64,000 nucleotides of DNA from an uncultured Armatimonadetes bacterium. GTDB lineage: Bacteria; Armatimonadota; UBA5829; DTJY01. The position numbers and the translations under genes are program-made. The stretch's first letter is position 1, and each line of letters begins with the position of its first letter. The stretch lies in NCBI GenBank assembly GCA_963717145.1, contig OY970325.1, positions 3,936,001 through 4,000,000 of the forward strand, written 5' to 3'. This document shows, one piece after another, positions 8,301-18,147 of the stretch. Under the pieces are notes generated by a model, which was given only the letters and a program-made list of their open reading frames with translations, searched no databases and was not told the DNA's origin.

Positions 8301-11253
8301 AGAAAGGCGGAGGGGGCGGTACGCCGCCGACCGGCTCGATATCGGTCGAGCGGATCACTCGGATGATCTTGTCGCCGCTCGTCTCGGAACCGGAGATGCC
8401 GGTGACCTCGAGGTATGTCGATCCGGGCGCCGTCCCGTACACCTTGACGCCCGTGCGCCCCGGATCCGTCGGAACGTTCGATCCGTCATCGAGATAGAAG
8501 AAGCCGGTCTCGGAGTACGTCACCCTGCCCCAGACCTTCACCCGCAGCCCGATGTTGTACGGACCTGATGCGCCGGTGACTGTGCAGTAGCCCGGGGTCG
8601 GCCCGATGCCGCCCAGATCCTCGATGACCAGTCCGAGCGGTCGGGGGATCGGGTTGCCCGTGCCCAACACTTGGGCCGTCGATGCATCGATCAGGGTCTC
8701 GCCGTTGATCTTTTTCAGCCGTCCGGTGAAAGTCACCATCGAACCCGCCGCGCAATCTTCGAGCGACTTCACGCCGATTCCGAACGTCCTGAGATACTGC
8801 ACGTAGAATCGGTCGCCGGGGAACCCGGCGGAGACCACCCGGTTCGGAATGGTAATGTACGCGCCCTCGTAGAGCCCTCTCAACTCACCAAGCCCGGTCA
8901 GGCTGAGCTGGTTGTCGATGTAGAGCCCCTTGGCGCGGGTGCTCTGGTAGGGCCGGTCATCGTAGCTAGCGTAGGCTGCGAGGATGCGCCCAGTTGGACC
9001 GGCGCACATCGTTCCGCCGATCTCCGAGGTCGAGCTGCTGAGCACGTTCACCCCGTTGATGCCGATGAGCTGGTTATTCGAGCTGATCCGCGTGAACTGC
9101 AGGTCGGACTGCATGGCGGCCCCGCATGCAGGGTCCGGGTTGGCGATCGTCCACGTGAGCACATAATCGAGGCCGTCCCAGAAGAAGTTCATGTTCTCCT
9201 GAACCGTAGCGTTTGCCGTCACCACAAGGGGGACGGGAGGCACACCGGGAGACGTACCGAACCATTTGTACACGGAGTCCCACCCGCCGTATGAATGAAT
9301 CTCCGATCCCCGTGAGATCAGCCGCAAGGTCTGGCCATTCCAGACCAGGTGGAACTCGGATGGGCTGGAGGCGTCGGTAAACTGCCGTGTAGTACCCAGT
9401 GCCCCAGCCTGGGTTATCGTAGTATAGGCTATGGCATTGGACGTGGTCGGATGCTTCCAGACCAGCACATAGTACTGCCCCGCCCAGCATGCGGCGATTT
9501 CGCCGCTATAGCCGCTGGATCCCATGTATACTCCAATATCCGAGACCAATGAGCAATCACGCCGGATAAGCGCCGCCCGGTATTTGCTGGTGCTGATCCT
9601 GTATGCGATCAGGCACTTCTCGCCGTCGGTCGTGATCGACCAGCCGGTCGGGGCGCCGTTCGTCGATACGACGATGCTGATCGGCGCCGGATCGAGCACC
9701 GTGCCTGACGGGGATATTCGCAGGGCTTTGAGAGTGGAGCCATCGACCCACACGAGGATGAAGTTCTCGCCGTTCCATATCGCGCGTGGACCGATGCCGG
9801 CGTCCGGGATGGGCATGATCTCGAATGGCGTGGATGCGATCGGCTGACCGGTGTTCGGATCGGCCAACGCGCCCTTCAGCGTCCGGCCGGCCTCGGTCCA
9901 TTCCTCCCAGCAGACGAGGAACCTCTGTCCGTTGTAAGCCGAGCACAATGGCTTGTGCTGGGACGCCGACTCCGCAAGACGGCGCTCCGTCCCGACGCTC
10001 GGCGTACCTTCGGCGACGTTGACGACGGCCTCGACGACCTGCGTGCCGAATCCGACCATGGTCGGGCCCCTGTCATCCGTCCAGCAGATCAGTACGGAGT
10101 CCTGGAGCGTCTCGTCGCTCATGAGCGCCACACTCGTCCTGGCTTGCCGTCCGTCTGCCGAGCAGACGGCGAACCCATTGCCATCGAGGGCCGTGCCTGC
10201 AGCGCCAAGCCTCCCGGCATAGATGTCGGCCCCGTCGGTTACCCTCCGGGTCCACGTCACTATGCAGTTGTGGCCGTTGTAGGCGATCTGAGGATCGAAC
10301 TGCCGCTCGGTTACTGAGCTGACGGTCCAGGGCTCTGTATCAAGGAGAGCGCCGTTCTGATCGAAGCGCATGCCCTTGATCTCGCGTCCGGCCGGTTCAC
10401 CGTCGGCCCACACGGCCTTGAAGTGATCGCCCGCCCAGCAGCAGTCGGGCGTGTCCTGGGAGGTGGTCCCGGCGTATACCGGCACGCCGGAGGTGTTGAC
10501 GACTCCCGTGTCTCCGACCAGTTCTGCTGCCCAGAGATCGTTCGATGTTCCGTTCGACACGGAGTTCCTGCACCAGACGATGAGGCTGCGGCCTGTGGGA
10601 GTCGATGCGACTGCGGGATTGGTCGCCGCAAAGCCGTCCCAGGTCGGGCTGCCGGGCGCAATGTTGATAGGCGCGCTGTCGAGGACCGTGCCGGTCGGGG
10701 TCAAGCGCACCGCGTATACGCCGAGCAAGCCTTGCGGGCCGTCGCCCGACCAGATGACGATCCAGTTTGCGCCGTCCCACGACACTCGGGGCGCGCACTC
10801 GCTGTGGTAGGATGAGATCACAATCGGCTGCTGGGACAGAATTGCCCCATCCGCCGAGAGTCGGATACCATAGATCAGGTTGCCCACAGCGCCGACGGCA
10901 TTCGCGTAGACGACAAAGTACTCCTGGCCGTTGAAGCAGATGTCGGGCCTGCCGAGGACGCACGCATGGTTCGTCAGCCGGATGTTCCCCGGATCGAGCA
11001 CCGTTCCAGTCGGGCCGATGTGAGCGGCGAACAGATCGGCTATGTTGCCGGCGTCTCTCATGTCGACCCAGACGGCCATGAATGAATCGGTCTCTCCCGC
11101 GACGACCGGATTGGTCTGGAGGCGGCCGGTGGACTGCTTCACGACCTCGGAGTCGAAGGAGGCCGGCTGCCCAACTGCGTATGCTCCGAAGCATGTGCCG
11201 CAGATCGACAGGATGAGGACAGCGACGATAGTGTATGTGCGTATGGTTTTCAT
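8299..11253 (-). CDS. Large secreted repeat protein (beta-propeller-like ~60-aa repeats) with the shared C-terminal domain
   Basis: Start MKTIRTYTIVAVLILSICGTCFG after SD GAGGAG; repeats PxVxW(N/D)GxxxxVxW...D(I/L)Y(A/G)xR...GxxLD; C-terminus YNIGLRVKVWGRVT...FFYLDDGS...GVKV...EVTGISG...PPPPPF. Confidence 0.8.
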   Translation of the reverse strand: MKTIRTYTIVAVLILSICGTCFGAYAVGQPASFDSEVVKQSTGRLQTNPVVAGETDSFMAVWVDMRDAGNIADLFAAHIGPTGTVLDPGNIRLTNHACVLGRPDICFNGQEYFVVYANAVGAVGNLIYGIRLSADGAILSQQPIVISSYHSECAPRVSWDGANWIVIWSGDGPQGLLGVYAVRLTPTGTVLDSAPINIAPGSPTWDGFAATNPAVASTPTGRSLIVWCRNSVSNGTSNDLWAAELVGDTGVVNTSGVPVYAGTTSQDTPDCCWAGDHFKAVWADGEPAGREIKGMRFDQNGALLDTEPWTVSSVTERQFDPQIAYNGHNCIVTWTRRVTDGADIYAGRLGAAGTALDGNGFAVCSADGRQARTSVALMSDETLQDSVLICWTDDRGPTMVGFGTQVVEAVVNVAEGTPSVGTERRLAESASQHKPLCSAYNGQRFLVCWEEWTEAGRTLKGALADPNTGQPIASTPFEIMPIPDAGIGPRAIWNGENFILVWVDGSTLKALRISPSGTVLDPAPISIVVSTNGAPTGWSITTDGEKCLIAYRISTSKYRAALIRRDCSLVSDIGVYMGSSGYSGEIAACWAGQYYVLVWKHPTTSNAIAYTTITQAGALGTTRQFTDASSPSEFHLVWNGQTLRLISRGSEIHSYGGWDSVYKWFGTSPGVPPVPLVVTANATVQENMNFFWDGLDYVLTWTIANPDPACGAAMQSDLQFTRISSNNQLIGINGVNVLSSSTSEIGGTMCAGPTGRILAAYASYDDRPYQSTRAKGLYIDNQLSLTGLGELRGLYEGAYITIPNRVVSAGFPGDRFYVQYLRTFGIGVKSLEDCAAGSMVTFTGRLKKINGETLIDASTAQVLGTGNPIPRPLGLVIEDLGGIGPTPGYCTVTGASGPYNIGLRVKVWGRVTYSETGFFYLDDGSNVPTDPGRTGVKVYGTAPGSTYLEVTGISGSETSGDKIIRVIRSTDIEPVGGVPPPPPF

Positions 11254-11267
11254 GTCCACTCTCCTCC

Positions 11268-11963
11268 TCAGTTGCTCACCGCAGGCTTGGGCGCTTCGAG
11301 CCGCAACCAGATCTGCCCCTGGTATGGTCCGTTGTCCCGCAGGTTGTACTGGTCGATTGTCATTGACGACACGTGCCCATCGATCCACAGCACATTGCCT
11401 GTGCTGTTGTGCCTGGTCGCAAAACGACGGCAGGTCGGATCGCCTGGGACGTATTCCACTGGAAGTGCGGCAAAGATGGTTCCTCCCGCACTTCCAGGCC
11501 ACTGCGTCTCGGCGATGCGAATCGTGGATGCCGGGTACCTGACCGACTTGAGTTGAACCACGACCGGAGTGCTACCCTCAGACATCCATCCACCGCACTT
11601 CATGTTCATCCCGTAGCTGCGCCCGGCGCTAAAGCTCTCCTGCCCGGACAGACCGGGTAACGGGCACTTGAATGGGTTGCCCTGACTGCTACTCGAATGG
11701 CCAATATACCGGTTTAGCAAGTCAGGCCACATCGTCCCACCCCATGCGAACGGCGCGCCGTAGGGTACCAGGACGTCATCGAAGTCGGCCTGGTACATGT
11801 CGGACGCCACTCCGAGGGCCTTCAGGTTCTCGGCGCAGGCGACCTGGCTGCTCAATGCGCGAGCATGCCTCAGCCCCACAGCAAGTATCGGCGCGAGCAC
11901 GAGAATGACGGCCACGATCGCCGCCAGGTCCTTCACTCCAAACCGCTGGTGTTTCCTTTTCAC
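11268..11963 (-). CDS. H-X9-DG (DUF1559-like) pilin-like protein with a degenerate prepilin N-terminus
   Basis: Basic N-terminus, TM helix, AR...CAENLKALGVASDMYQADFDD, C-terminal RHNSTGNVLWIDGHVS. SD GGAGG before GTG 11963. Confidence 0.8.
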   Translation of the reverse strand: MKRKHQRFGVKDLAAIVAVILVLAPILAVGLRHARALSSQVACAENLKALGVASDMYQADFDDVLVPYGAPFAWGGTMWPDLLNRYIGHSSSSQGNPFKCPLPGLSGQESFSAGRSYGMNMKCGGWMSEGSTPVVVQLKSVRYPASTIRIAETQWPGSAGGTIFAALPVEYVPGDPTCRRFATRHNSTGNVLWIDGHVSSMTIDQYNLRDNGPYQGQIWLRLEAPKPAVSN

Positions 11964-12046
11964 TGGCACTACCTCCCGTCGGTTTTCCAATGAAGTCACT
12001 AACTCATATGACACGCGAAATCGGCCCAGGTTGCACGGTGGGGTCC

Positions 12047-12112
12047 GTAGTGGCCGCGCCTCTGTGCCGGCCTTCCGACGTTACATGGCCGGCACAGAGG
12101 CGCGGCCACTAC
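12047..12112. repeat. GTAG-type REP/REPIN-like palindrome, copy 2
   Basis: GTAGTGGCCGCGCCTCTGTGCCGGCC...GGCCGGCACAGAGGCGCGGCCACTAC with perfect arms. Confidence 0.88.
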
Positions 12113-12122
12113 AGAGCTTCCC

Positions 12123-12500
12123 CTAGATTGGCGGTGGCGGTGGGTCATCTCCTATCGGCTGGATATCCGTCGAGCGGATCACGCGGATGATCTTGTCGCC
12201 GCTCGTCTCCGTACCGGAGATGCCGGTGACCTCGACATATATATCTTCGGCGGCGGTCCCGTATACCTTGACGCCCATGCGCCCCGGATCTGTCGGAACG
12301 TTCGATCCGTCGTCGAGATAGAAGAAGCCGCTCTCGGCGTGCGTCACCCTGCCCCAGACCTTCACCCGCAGGCCGACGTTGTACAGGCCGAGCGCGCCAT
12401 CGACGCTGCTGAACGCCGAGTTCCGACCGACGCCGCCGAGTTTTCGGATCGCCATGCCCACCGGATCGGGATCGGGTTCATGAACTCACGATATCAGCGT
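12123..12500 (-). pseudogene. Orphan C-terminal-domain fragment, close paralog of the 3' end of 8299-11253
   Basis: GLRVKVWGRVTHAESGFFYLDDGSNVPTDPGRMGVKVYGT...EVTGISGTETSGDKIIRVIRSTDI...PPPPPI; no signal peptide or SD; the upstream part (D-I-V-S-S...N-P-I-P-D-P-V-G-M) is recoverable only through frameshifts. Confidence 0.75.
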
Positions 12501-12537
12501 CTGGCAGTTGATCTCCCGTTCTGATTCGCGGTCACGA

Positions 12538-15500
12538 CTACTCGGGCGCGGAATCGATCGCCGACCATCCGGTCGCTCTGATGATCCTATGTACGCCTAC
12601 CGTGCCGTACATGTACCGGGAACTGATCCCGGTCACCTTGATGAAGCTGCCTTCGGCAGGGAGGTTCTGAGGGTCTGCAAAGACCATCACACCAGGAGTC
12701 CATTCGTTGTCCATCGTGCCCACGCCGTCGTCAAGGAAGAAATGATCGCCGCCAACGTTGGTAACCTTGCCGATTACCCTCACCCGGAGACCGGTATTAT
12801 AGAGACCTGACAAATTTTCGATGGTGTTGAAGTACGGACTGGCGGCGACGCCGCCGAGATTGCGACAGATCATGCCGATCGGGTCCGGCAAGGGATTCGA
12901 TGTGCTGATGATATTAACGTCGGATGATTCTATAGTGACCTCGCCGTCGAGCCTCCTCAGTCTGCCGCTGAAGGAGACTGCATTACCGGGAACCGGCGAA
13001 CCTTCGCTGCGGGGAGACTTTACCCCTATGCCGAACGAGCGGCCTTCCTGAATGTAGAAGTAGTCGTACAGACGGGGTCGGCCGTCGGAATCACGGTAGT
13101 ATCTTGGCCACAGTGCGGTCACCACCTCGCCGGGAACGTTGACGTGGGCGCCTTCGTAGAGCTGACCGATCTGCCCGACGCTGCTCACCGTCAGCCAGGC
13201 GTCGAGGAAGAGCCCCTTCGCCCGCGTGGACTGGTACGGCGGGCCGTCCGAGTTCGAATATGCGAGGAAGGCGCGGCTCGGAGGTCCGGCGCACATCGAG
13301 CCGCCGAGTTCCGACAAGGGAGTATCAGTAACGGAGATGGGCACGATGTCAACGAGTTGGTTGAAGTAGCTGACCCGGGCGGCCATCATGTCGTCCTGCC
13401 AACTCTGAGCGCTCGCAGCGTCCTCTTTGCCGGACAGCCATGTAAGGATGTAGTCCGCGCCGTTCCACGCCACGTTCACGCAGTCGGCGCCGGCGGATTG
13501 CGGGATGATCAGAGGCGTCGTATCCAGCAGATTGCCGGCCAGAGAAAACCTCCTGGTGACGATCTGCGGACCGTATGCCGCCAGGAGGACGTTCTGCCCG
13601 TTGCAGGCGAGCCTGAAGTAGTCGGGGTACGTTTCGTCGGTGATCCTCTTCAGGATGGAGAGCCCCCCGCCGTCCGCATTCACGGTCTTGTAGTCAATGC
13701 CGCCTTTCACCAGAACGCCTCCCGACGTGCTGTAAGCTTGCTTCCAAGCTATGAAGTAGCTTTGGCCGGTCCAGCAGACGGCCACACCCTCGTGGACCGC
13801 ATTGCTCTTCGATGCGCCGATGACGATGGAGGAAGATACCGTGCCGTCACGGGAGAGCAGCTTCCCGTTGACGTTGCTCCCCATCCTGAGCACGACTAGA
13901 CATCGATTGCCGTCCGAAGCGATCGCCGGTTGGACGTAGATGGGGCTCGTGACCCCATCATAGACGATGATGCCCTCCGAATCGAGCACCGTACCGGTGG
14001 GAGTCACTCTGGCGGCCATCACTTTCTTGTGAGCGATCACCCCGGACCCGGGGTATAGGTCAGCGCCGCCGAGCCACGTCACGACGAAGCTCTCGCCGTT
14101 CCAGGCCGCGCTCGGGAACGGGTTCTCGATCAGCAGCGGAGAGATCACAAACGGCTCGGACGTGACCGGCTCGCCGGTGTAGGCGTCGATCAGCTCCCCA
14201 TAGAGATTCCGCGCGCCGTCCCGCCACTCATCGAAGCAGACGAGGAACTGCCGGCCGTTGTAGGCCGAGCACGATATCTTGTGCTGAGGCGCGGACTGCG
14301 TAAGCGGGAACTCCTCTCCGGCCAGGATCCCGGTGGAGTAGATCCGCCTGCCCCGGACCTGGAAGCCGAGGTTCGGCACGGTCGGGCCGACATCGCTCCT
14401 CGAATCCATCCAGCAGACCAGGAAGTTCACGCCGAGCGATCCCACGCACGGCTTGATCTGCCGGTCGTCCGCGGTGCACACGGGGAAGCCCGACCCGTCG
14501 AGGAGCGTTCCGTCCGAATACACGCGCCCGGCGTAGATATCGAGCTGACCCGCCGCCGAGCCCTTCCGCGTCCAGGTCACCAGGGAGTTCGTGCCGTTCC
14601 ATGCGACCTGTGCATCGGATTGCTTCTCCGTGACCGAGCTGATGTTCAGGACCGCCGGATCGAGTAGACCACCGTCTGTCCCGATGCGCCTGCCCCGTAT
14701 GCTCCGAGACTGATCGCCGTCCTGCCACACGACCATGAACTGACCGCCGGCCCAGCACACGTCCGGCATGTCCTCGGCATTGGCAGTGGCGGAGATCGGA
14801 ATGGGAACCATCTGAGCGCCCGGCGCGTAGTCGAGAATCGCACCATAGACGTCCGAAGATGTGCCGGCCACATCGGGCTGCGACCAGACCACGAGCGTAT
14901 CGCCGTCGGGCGAGGATGCCACATCCGGATCACTGCCGGCAGCAACACCGGTGGGCTCCGTGCCAACCGGGACGCCGCCCGCGCTCACACGGCGAGCCAT
15001 TATCACGTCGATGAGCTTGCAGGGAACCCAGATGCAGTTCTCCACGGTGTCTTCATACACCACCACGTGATTCTCGCCGTCCCATGATACGCAAGGCTTG
15101 CGAGCAGTCCCTGTATCGCATATCACGGCGGGAGCCTCGTCCACAATCACGCCGTCGGGCGAGACCCTGAGGCCGAGTATCTCCGTGCCGACGACTCCCG
15201 TGTTGTTCGCATACACGACGAAGAAGTTCTGACCGTTCCAGCAGACATCCGGCTTGCCGGTGACGGATGCGTGGGTGGTGAGTCTGATGCCGAGGGGATC
15301 AAGGACCGTACCGTCCGCCGCGATGCGGGTGGCATAGAGGTCCGACCCGCGTCCGGCGTCCCTCATATCGACCCAGACCGCCAGGTAGATGCTCCCTGAA
15401 CTCGTGATCACGGGGTTGGACTGGAACCAGCCCGTCGAGCCGGCCACGATCGCCCCGGTATCGAGTGGGACCGGCTGCCCGAGGGTGTAGTCAGCGTAAC

Positions 15501-15561
15501 ATGTGCCGCAGATGGATGAAAGAATAAGTGCAATGATAAGGCACAACCGCATGTTTCTCAT
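12538..15561 (-). CDS. Large secreted repeat protein, paralog of 8299-11253, with a variant of the shared C-terminal domain
   Basis: Start MRNMRLCLIIALILSSICGTCYA after SD AGGAGG; shares AVWVDMRDAG, CSAYNG, GGSMCAGP, PYQSTRAKGL with the paralog; C-terminus YNTGLRVRVIGKVT...FFLDDG...KVTGISS. Confidence 0.82.
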   Translation of the reverse strand: MRNMRLCLIIALILSSICGTCYADYTLGQPVPLDTGAIVAGSTGWFQSNPVITSSGSIYLAVWVDMRDAGRGSDLYATRIAADGTVLDPLGIRLTTHASVTGKPDVCWNGQNFFVVYANNTGVVGTEILGLRVSPDGVIVDEAPAVICDTGTARKPCVSWDGENHVVVYEDTVENCIWVPCKLIDVIMARRVSAGGVPVGTEPTGVAAGSDPDVASSPDGDTLVVWSQPDVAGTSSDVYGAILDYAPGAQMVPIPISATANAEDMPDVCWAGGQFMVVWQDGDQSRSIRGRRIGTDGGLLDPAVLNISSVTEKQSDAQVAWNGTNSLVTWTRKGSAAGQLDIYAGRVYSDGTLLDGSGFPVCTADDRQIKPCVGSLGVNFLVCWMDSRSDVGPTVPNLGFQVRGRRIYSTGILAGEEFPLTQSAPQHKISCSAYNGRQFLVCFDEWRDGARNLYGELIDAYTGEPVTSEPFVISPLLIENPFPSAAWNGESFVVTWLGGADLYPGSGVIAHKKVMAARVTPTGTVLDSEGIIVYDGVTSPIYVQPAIASDGNRCLVVLRMGSNVNGKLLSRDGTVSSSIVIGASKSNAVHEGVAVCWTGQSYFIAWKQAYSTSGGVLVKGGIDYKTVNADGGGLSILKRITDETYPDYFRLACNGQNVLLAAYGPQIVTRRFSLAGNLLDTTPLIIPQSAGADCVNVAWNGADYILTWLSGKEDAASAQSWQDDMMAARVSYFNQLVDIVPISVTDTPLSELGGSMCAGPPSRAFLAYSNSDGPPYQSTRAKGLFLDAWLTVSSVGQIGQLYEGAHVNVPGEVVTALWPRYYRDSDGRPRLYDYFYIQEGRSFGIGVKSPRSEGSPVPGNAVSFSGRLRRLDGEVTIESSDVNIISTSNPLPDPIGMICRNLGGVAASPYFNTIENLSGLYNTGLRVRVIGKVTNVGGDHFFLDDGVGTMDNEWTPGVMVFADPQNLPAEGSFIKVTGISSRYMYGTVGVHRIIRATGWSAIDSAPE

Positions 15562-15578
15562 GTCGATCCTCCTTTCGC

Positions 15579-16293
15579 TTAGTTTGCTGGTACCGCCGGC
15601 TTCGGACCTGTGAGCCGGAGCCAGATGTTGCGATTCGCCTGAGCGTCCATCATGTTGTACTGCGCGAGGGTCATCGCGGATACGTGGCCGTCGATCCACA
15701 GCACATTGCCCTTTCCGCTGTGCCGCTCTGGCAACTGCTTGGAGTATGGGCTGCCGTCGTACTCGATAGGCAGTGCGGCGAACAAACTGCCGCCGCTGTT
15801 TCCCCGCCAGGTCACTTCGGCGATCCTGATCGTGGCATGTGGATATCTGATCTCGGATACGGGAACAACATCAGCCGTGCCTTGATCTATCTGAGACTGA
15901 CTCATCGCGCCACCGCAGTAGATGTTCATGCCATAGGTCCGCTCATCCATATACCCTATATCAGGTCGGCTTGGGCACTGGTATTCAGGGGATAGATTGG
16001 CCCCGCTCATCCTTCCACCGGGTATCTTGTGGATATATGCGTCCAACAACTCGGGCCACATGTGGCCCGTCCAGGCGAACGGCATGCCATAGGGGACGAG
16101 GACATCGTCCCAGATCCGCCTGGTACATGTCGCACGCGACGCCCAGGCGCTTGAGGTTCTCGGTGCACCTCTGCTGCTCGGATGCCACCCTGGCACGGTG
16201 AACTGTGCAGGCGAGGACGGGAAGAAGAATGAGTATGGCTGCGATGATCGGCAGCAGGTCGTGCAAGTAACCGGTGTTCTTACTCTTATGCAT
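15579..16293 (-). CDS. H-X9-DG pilin-like protein, paralog of 11268-11963, with one frameshift near 16113
   Basis: N-terminus MHKSK...CTENLKRLGVACDMYQAD in one frame, WDDVLVPYG...RHSGKGNVLWIDGHVS...PKPAVPAN in another. The span is 3n+1, consistent with a single extra base (sequencing error or true pseudogene). Confidence 0.75.
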
Positions 16294-16478
16294 TCGAACC
16301 ACCTCCTCATTACAAAGACGAGTTTCGACGACAGAAGGTTTCGGGGGTAGGCGCAATATAACTATACCCAGTTCGGATGCCTGCGCCATCTACCAGCTTA
16401 CTCCTCGATTGCCTGGAAGTCAATGTTTTCAACGCATAAACAGGTATTATTACCAGGTCGAGGCCGCAAGAGAGCGTA

Positions 16479-16494
16479 TGGCACGAATCATGCA
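16479..16494 (+). promoter_or_regulatory. Sigma54 (-24/-12) promoter
   Basis: TGGCAC-GAATC-ATGCA directly upstream of a PEP-CTERM gene. Confidence 0.6.
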
Positions 16495-16509
16495 CTACTG
16501 CTCTCCGGG

Positions 16510-17133
16510 ATGAAACGATCCATGCGAGGAATTGTGGGATGCATACTGGCGCTTATCGTCGCGGCGCCTGCATTGGGTGACTGGCTGTACGACGGCTACC
16601 CGATCTACAACGTCGGCATCGCGATCGGCAAGGGGAGGCCGACCGAGATGGTGGCCCAGCCATTCAGCCTGCCTCGTGCGGGGGAGATCGACCAGATCGG
16701 GGTCGCGATCGCCCGCGCTCAGGATCCGAACAACGTCGGCTTCCGGGTCACGCTGGCTCAGGACTACCGCGACCTGGCCAAGACGACCCTCGCATCGTGG
16801 AATGTCCTCCCGATCTACGGCCCGACCCTCATGTTCGCCTACTTCACCGTCAAGCCGATCCCGATCGATGCCGGAACATACTACCTCGTGCTCGCGCCGG
16901 GCGATTCGGAGTTCTCCGGCGCGGTGGCCTACGCGAGTCGAGGAAACCTCGCCCTCAAGACGAACGACGACGGCGCGACCTGGCAGGACATCCCTCAGCT
17001 CGGCGTGCGCGTCGGCGGAACGATGGTCCCCGAGCCGTCGGGCCTCCTGGCGCTCGCCGGCGGGGTTCTGGGTGTTGGGTGTTCGGTGTTGGGGATCCGG
17101 AGTCGGACCCGTCGGTCAACGCCCAAACCGTAG
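16510..17133 (+). CDS. PEP-CTERM sorting-domain protein
   Basis: Signal peptide; C-terminal VPEPSGLLALAGG-TM-RSRTRR. Confidence 0.82.
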   Translation: MKRSMRGIVGCILALIVAAPALGDWLYDGYPIYNVGIAIGKGRPTEMVAQPFSLPRAGEIDQIGVAIARAQDPNNVGFRVTLAQDYRDLAKTTLASWNVLPIYGPTLMFAYFTVKPIPIDAGTYYLVLAPGDSEFSGAVAYASRGNLALKTNDDGATWQDIPQLGVRVGGTMVPEPSGLLALAGGVLGVGCSVLGIRSRTRRSTPKP

Positions 17134-17207
17134 CCGCTATCCGCTATCCCCATTGAAGGACTAGACCGTCTCCTTAGCGAACAGGCAGTCAAACGCATCA
17201 AGGAGGC

Positions 17208-18113
17208 ATGCTAGTGAAGAGAGCTACCCTGCTGTCAATCCTGGCGCTGTTGCTGCTTGCGGGCGCACGTACGCAGGCGGACCTCACCGAAGCCATCTCC
17301 GGGAAGCTGATACCACTCATAGTGAAGATGAGCGACCTCGATGGCGAATGGAGGCGGTTCACTGTAGGACCAGAGGCGTCTGGTCCCTCGGCCTACGTGG
17401 ATGCCTCGATCATCATGAGGGCACAAGAGACCGGCGTTCCCCCGACCAGCGTGTATTATACCAGGGGATGGACCCAGGGTTCTGGCGACGAGACATACCT
17501 TGTCGCCTACCAGACCAAGTCGATGCTCACGACCATCGCCATGATGATGCTAACGGGTGAGGAGGACACCAGGAAGTTGGTACTGACCCCGGAGAGCGAA
17601 CTGACAATGTCGCTTCTCAACCTGCGCACCATGGGCAGCATGAAGGACATCCGGGCGGTCAACCTCGGGGAGGAGATCGCCGAGAGCAAGGCCCTCTTCG
17701 GCGCGGAGGAGCCTGCGGCGAGGGAACCGGTTACTGATCAGTCTTTCCAGAACCTCAGAGTGATCGGGCAGTCGCTGTCTGTGTATATACAGGCCTGGGA
17801 TGACAAGCTCCCGCCGATGAAGAGCCCCGAACAGGTGAAGAAACTGCTCCAACCCTATGCAAGCCAGATTCGCCCCGGTGCGGAGAGCCATGAGCTATTC
17901 ACCGATCCCCGGACTGGCGAACTCTACCCGGTGAACACCGTCCTGTCGGAACATAAGCTGGCGCACATCCAATTTCCACAGGATATGGCCGTATATTACG
18001 AGGCGGTCCCGAGTGAAGATGGGACCAGGGCGGTGCTCTTTCTGGATGGGCATATCAAGCGCGCGTCACCCGAAGGGTGGGCGATCATCAAGCGGAAGTC
18101 GAAGATACCGTAG
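17208..18113 (+). CDS. Secreted hypothetical protein with an H-X9-DG-like C-terminal module
   Basis: Signal peptide, SD AAGGAGG; C-terminal half NLRVIGQSLSVYIQAWDDKLPP...RAVLFLDGHIK resembles the DUF1559/H-X9-DG region. Confidence 0.65.
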   Translation: MLVKRATLLSILALLLLAGARTQADLTEAISGKLIPLIVKMSDLDGEWRRFTVGPEASGPSAYVDASIIMRAQETGVPPTSVYYTRGWTQGSGDETYLVAYQTKSMLTTIAMMMLTGEEDTRKLVLTPESELTMSLLNLRTMGSMKDIRAVNLGEEIAESKALFGAEEPAAREPVTDQSFQNLRVIGQSLSVYIQAWDDKLPPMKSPEQVKKLLQPYASQIRPGAESHELFTDPRTGELYPVNTVLSEHKLAHIQFPQDMAVYYEAVPSEDGTRAVLFLDGHIKRASPEGWAIIKRKSKIP

Positions 18114-18147
18114 GCGGATCGAGTACGATTACGATTGGGAGGAAAAC

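Noticed and set aside
12123-12461. Orphan tail as the template repeat of a diversity-generating retroelement
   Set aside because: Differences from 8299-8650 are not confined to adenines (e.g. CAC GCC GAG AGC versus TAC TCC GAG ACC), and no reverse transcriptase is in the window.
16100-16125. Programmed frameshift or phase variation in the pilin-like gene
   Set aside because: No slippery run or homopolymer at the site; similar isolated +1 indels elsewhere point to sequencing error.
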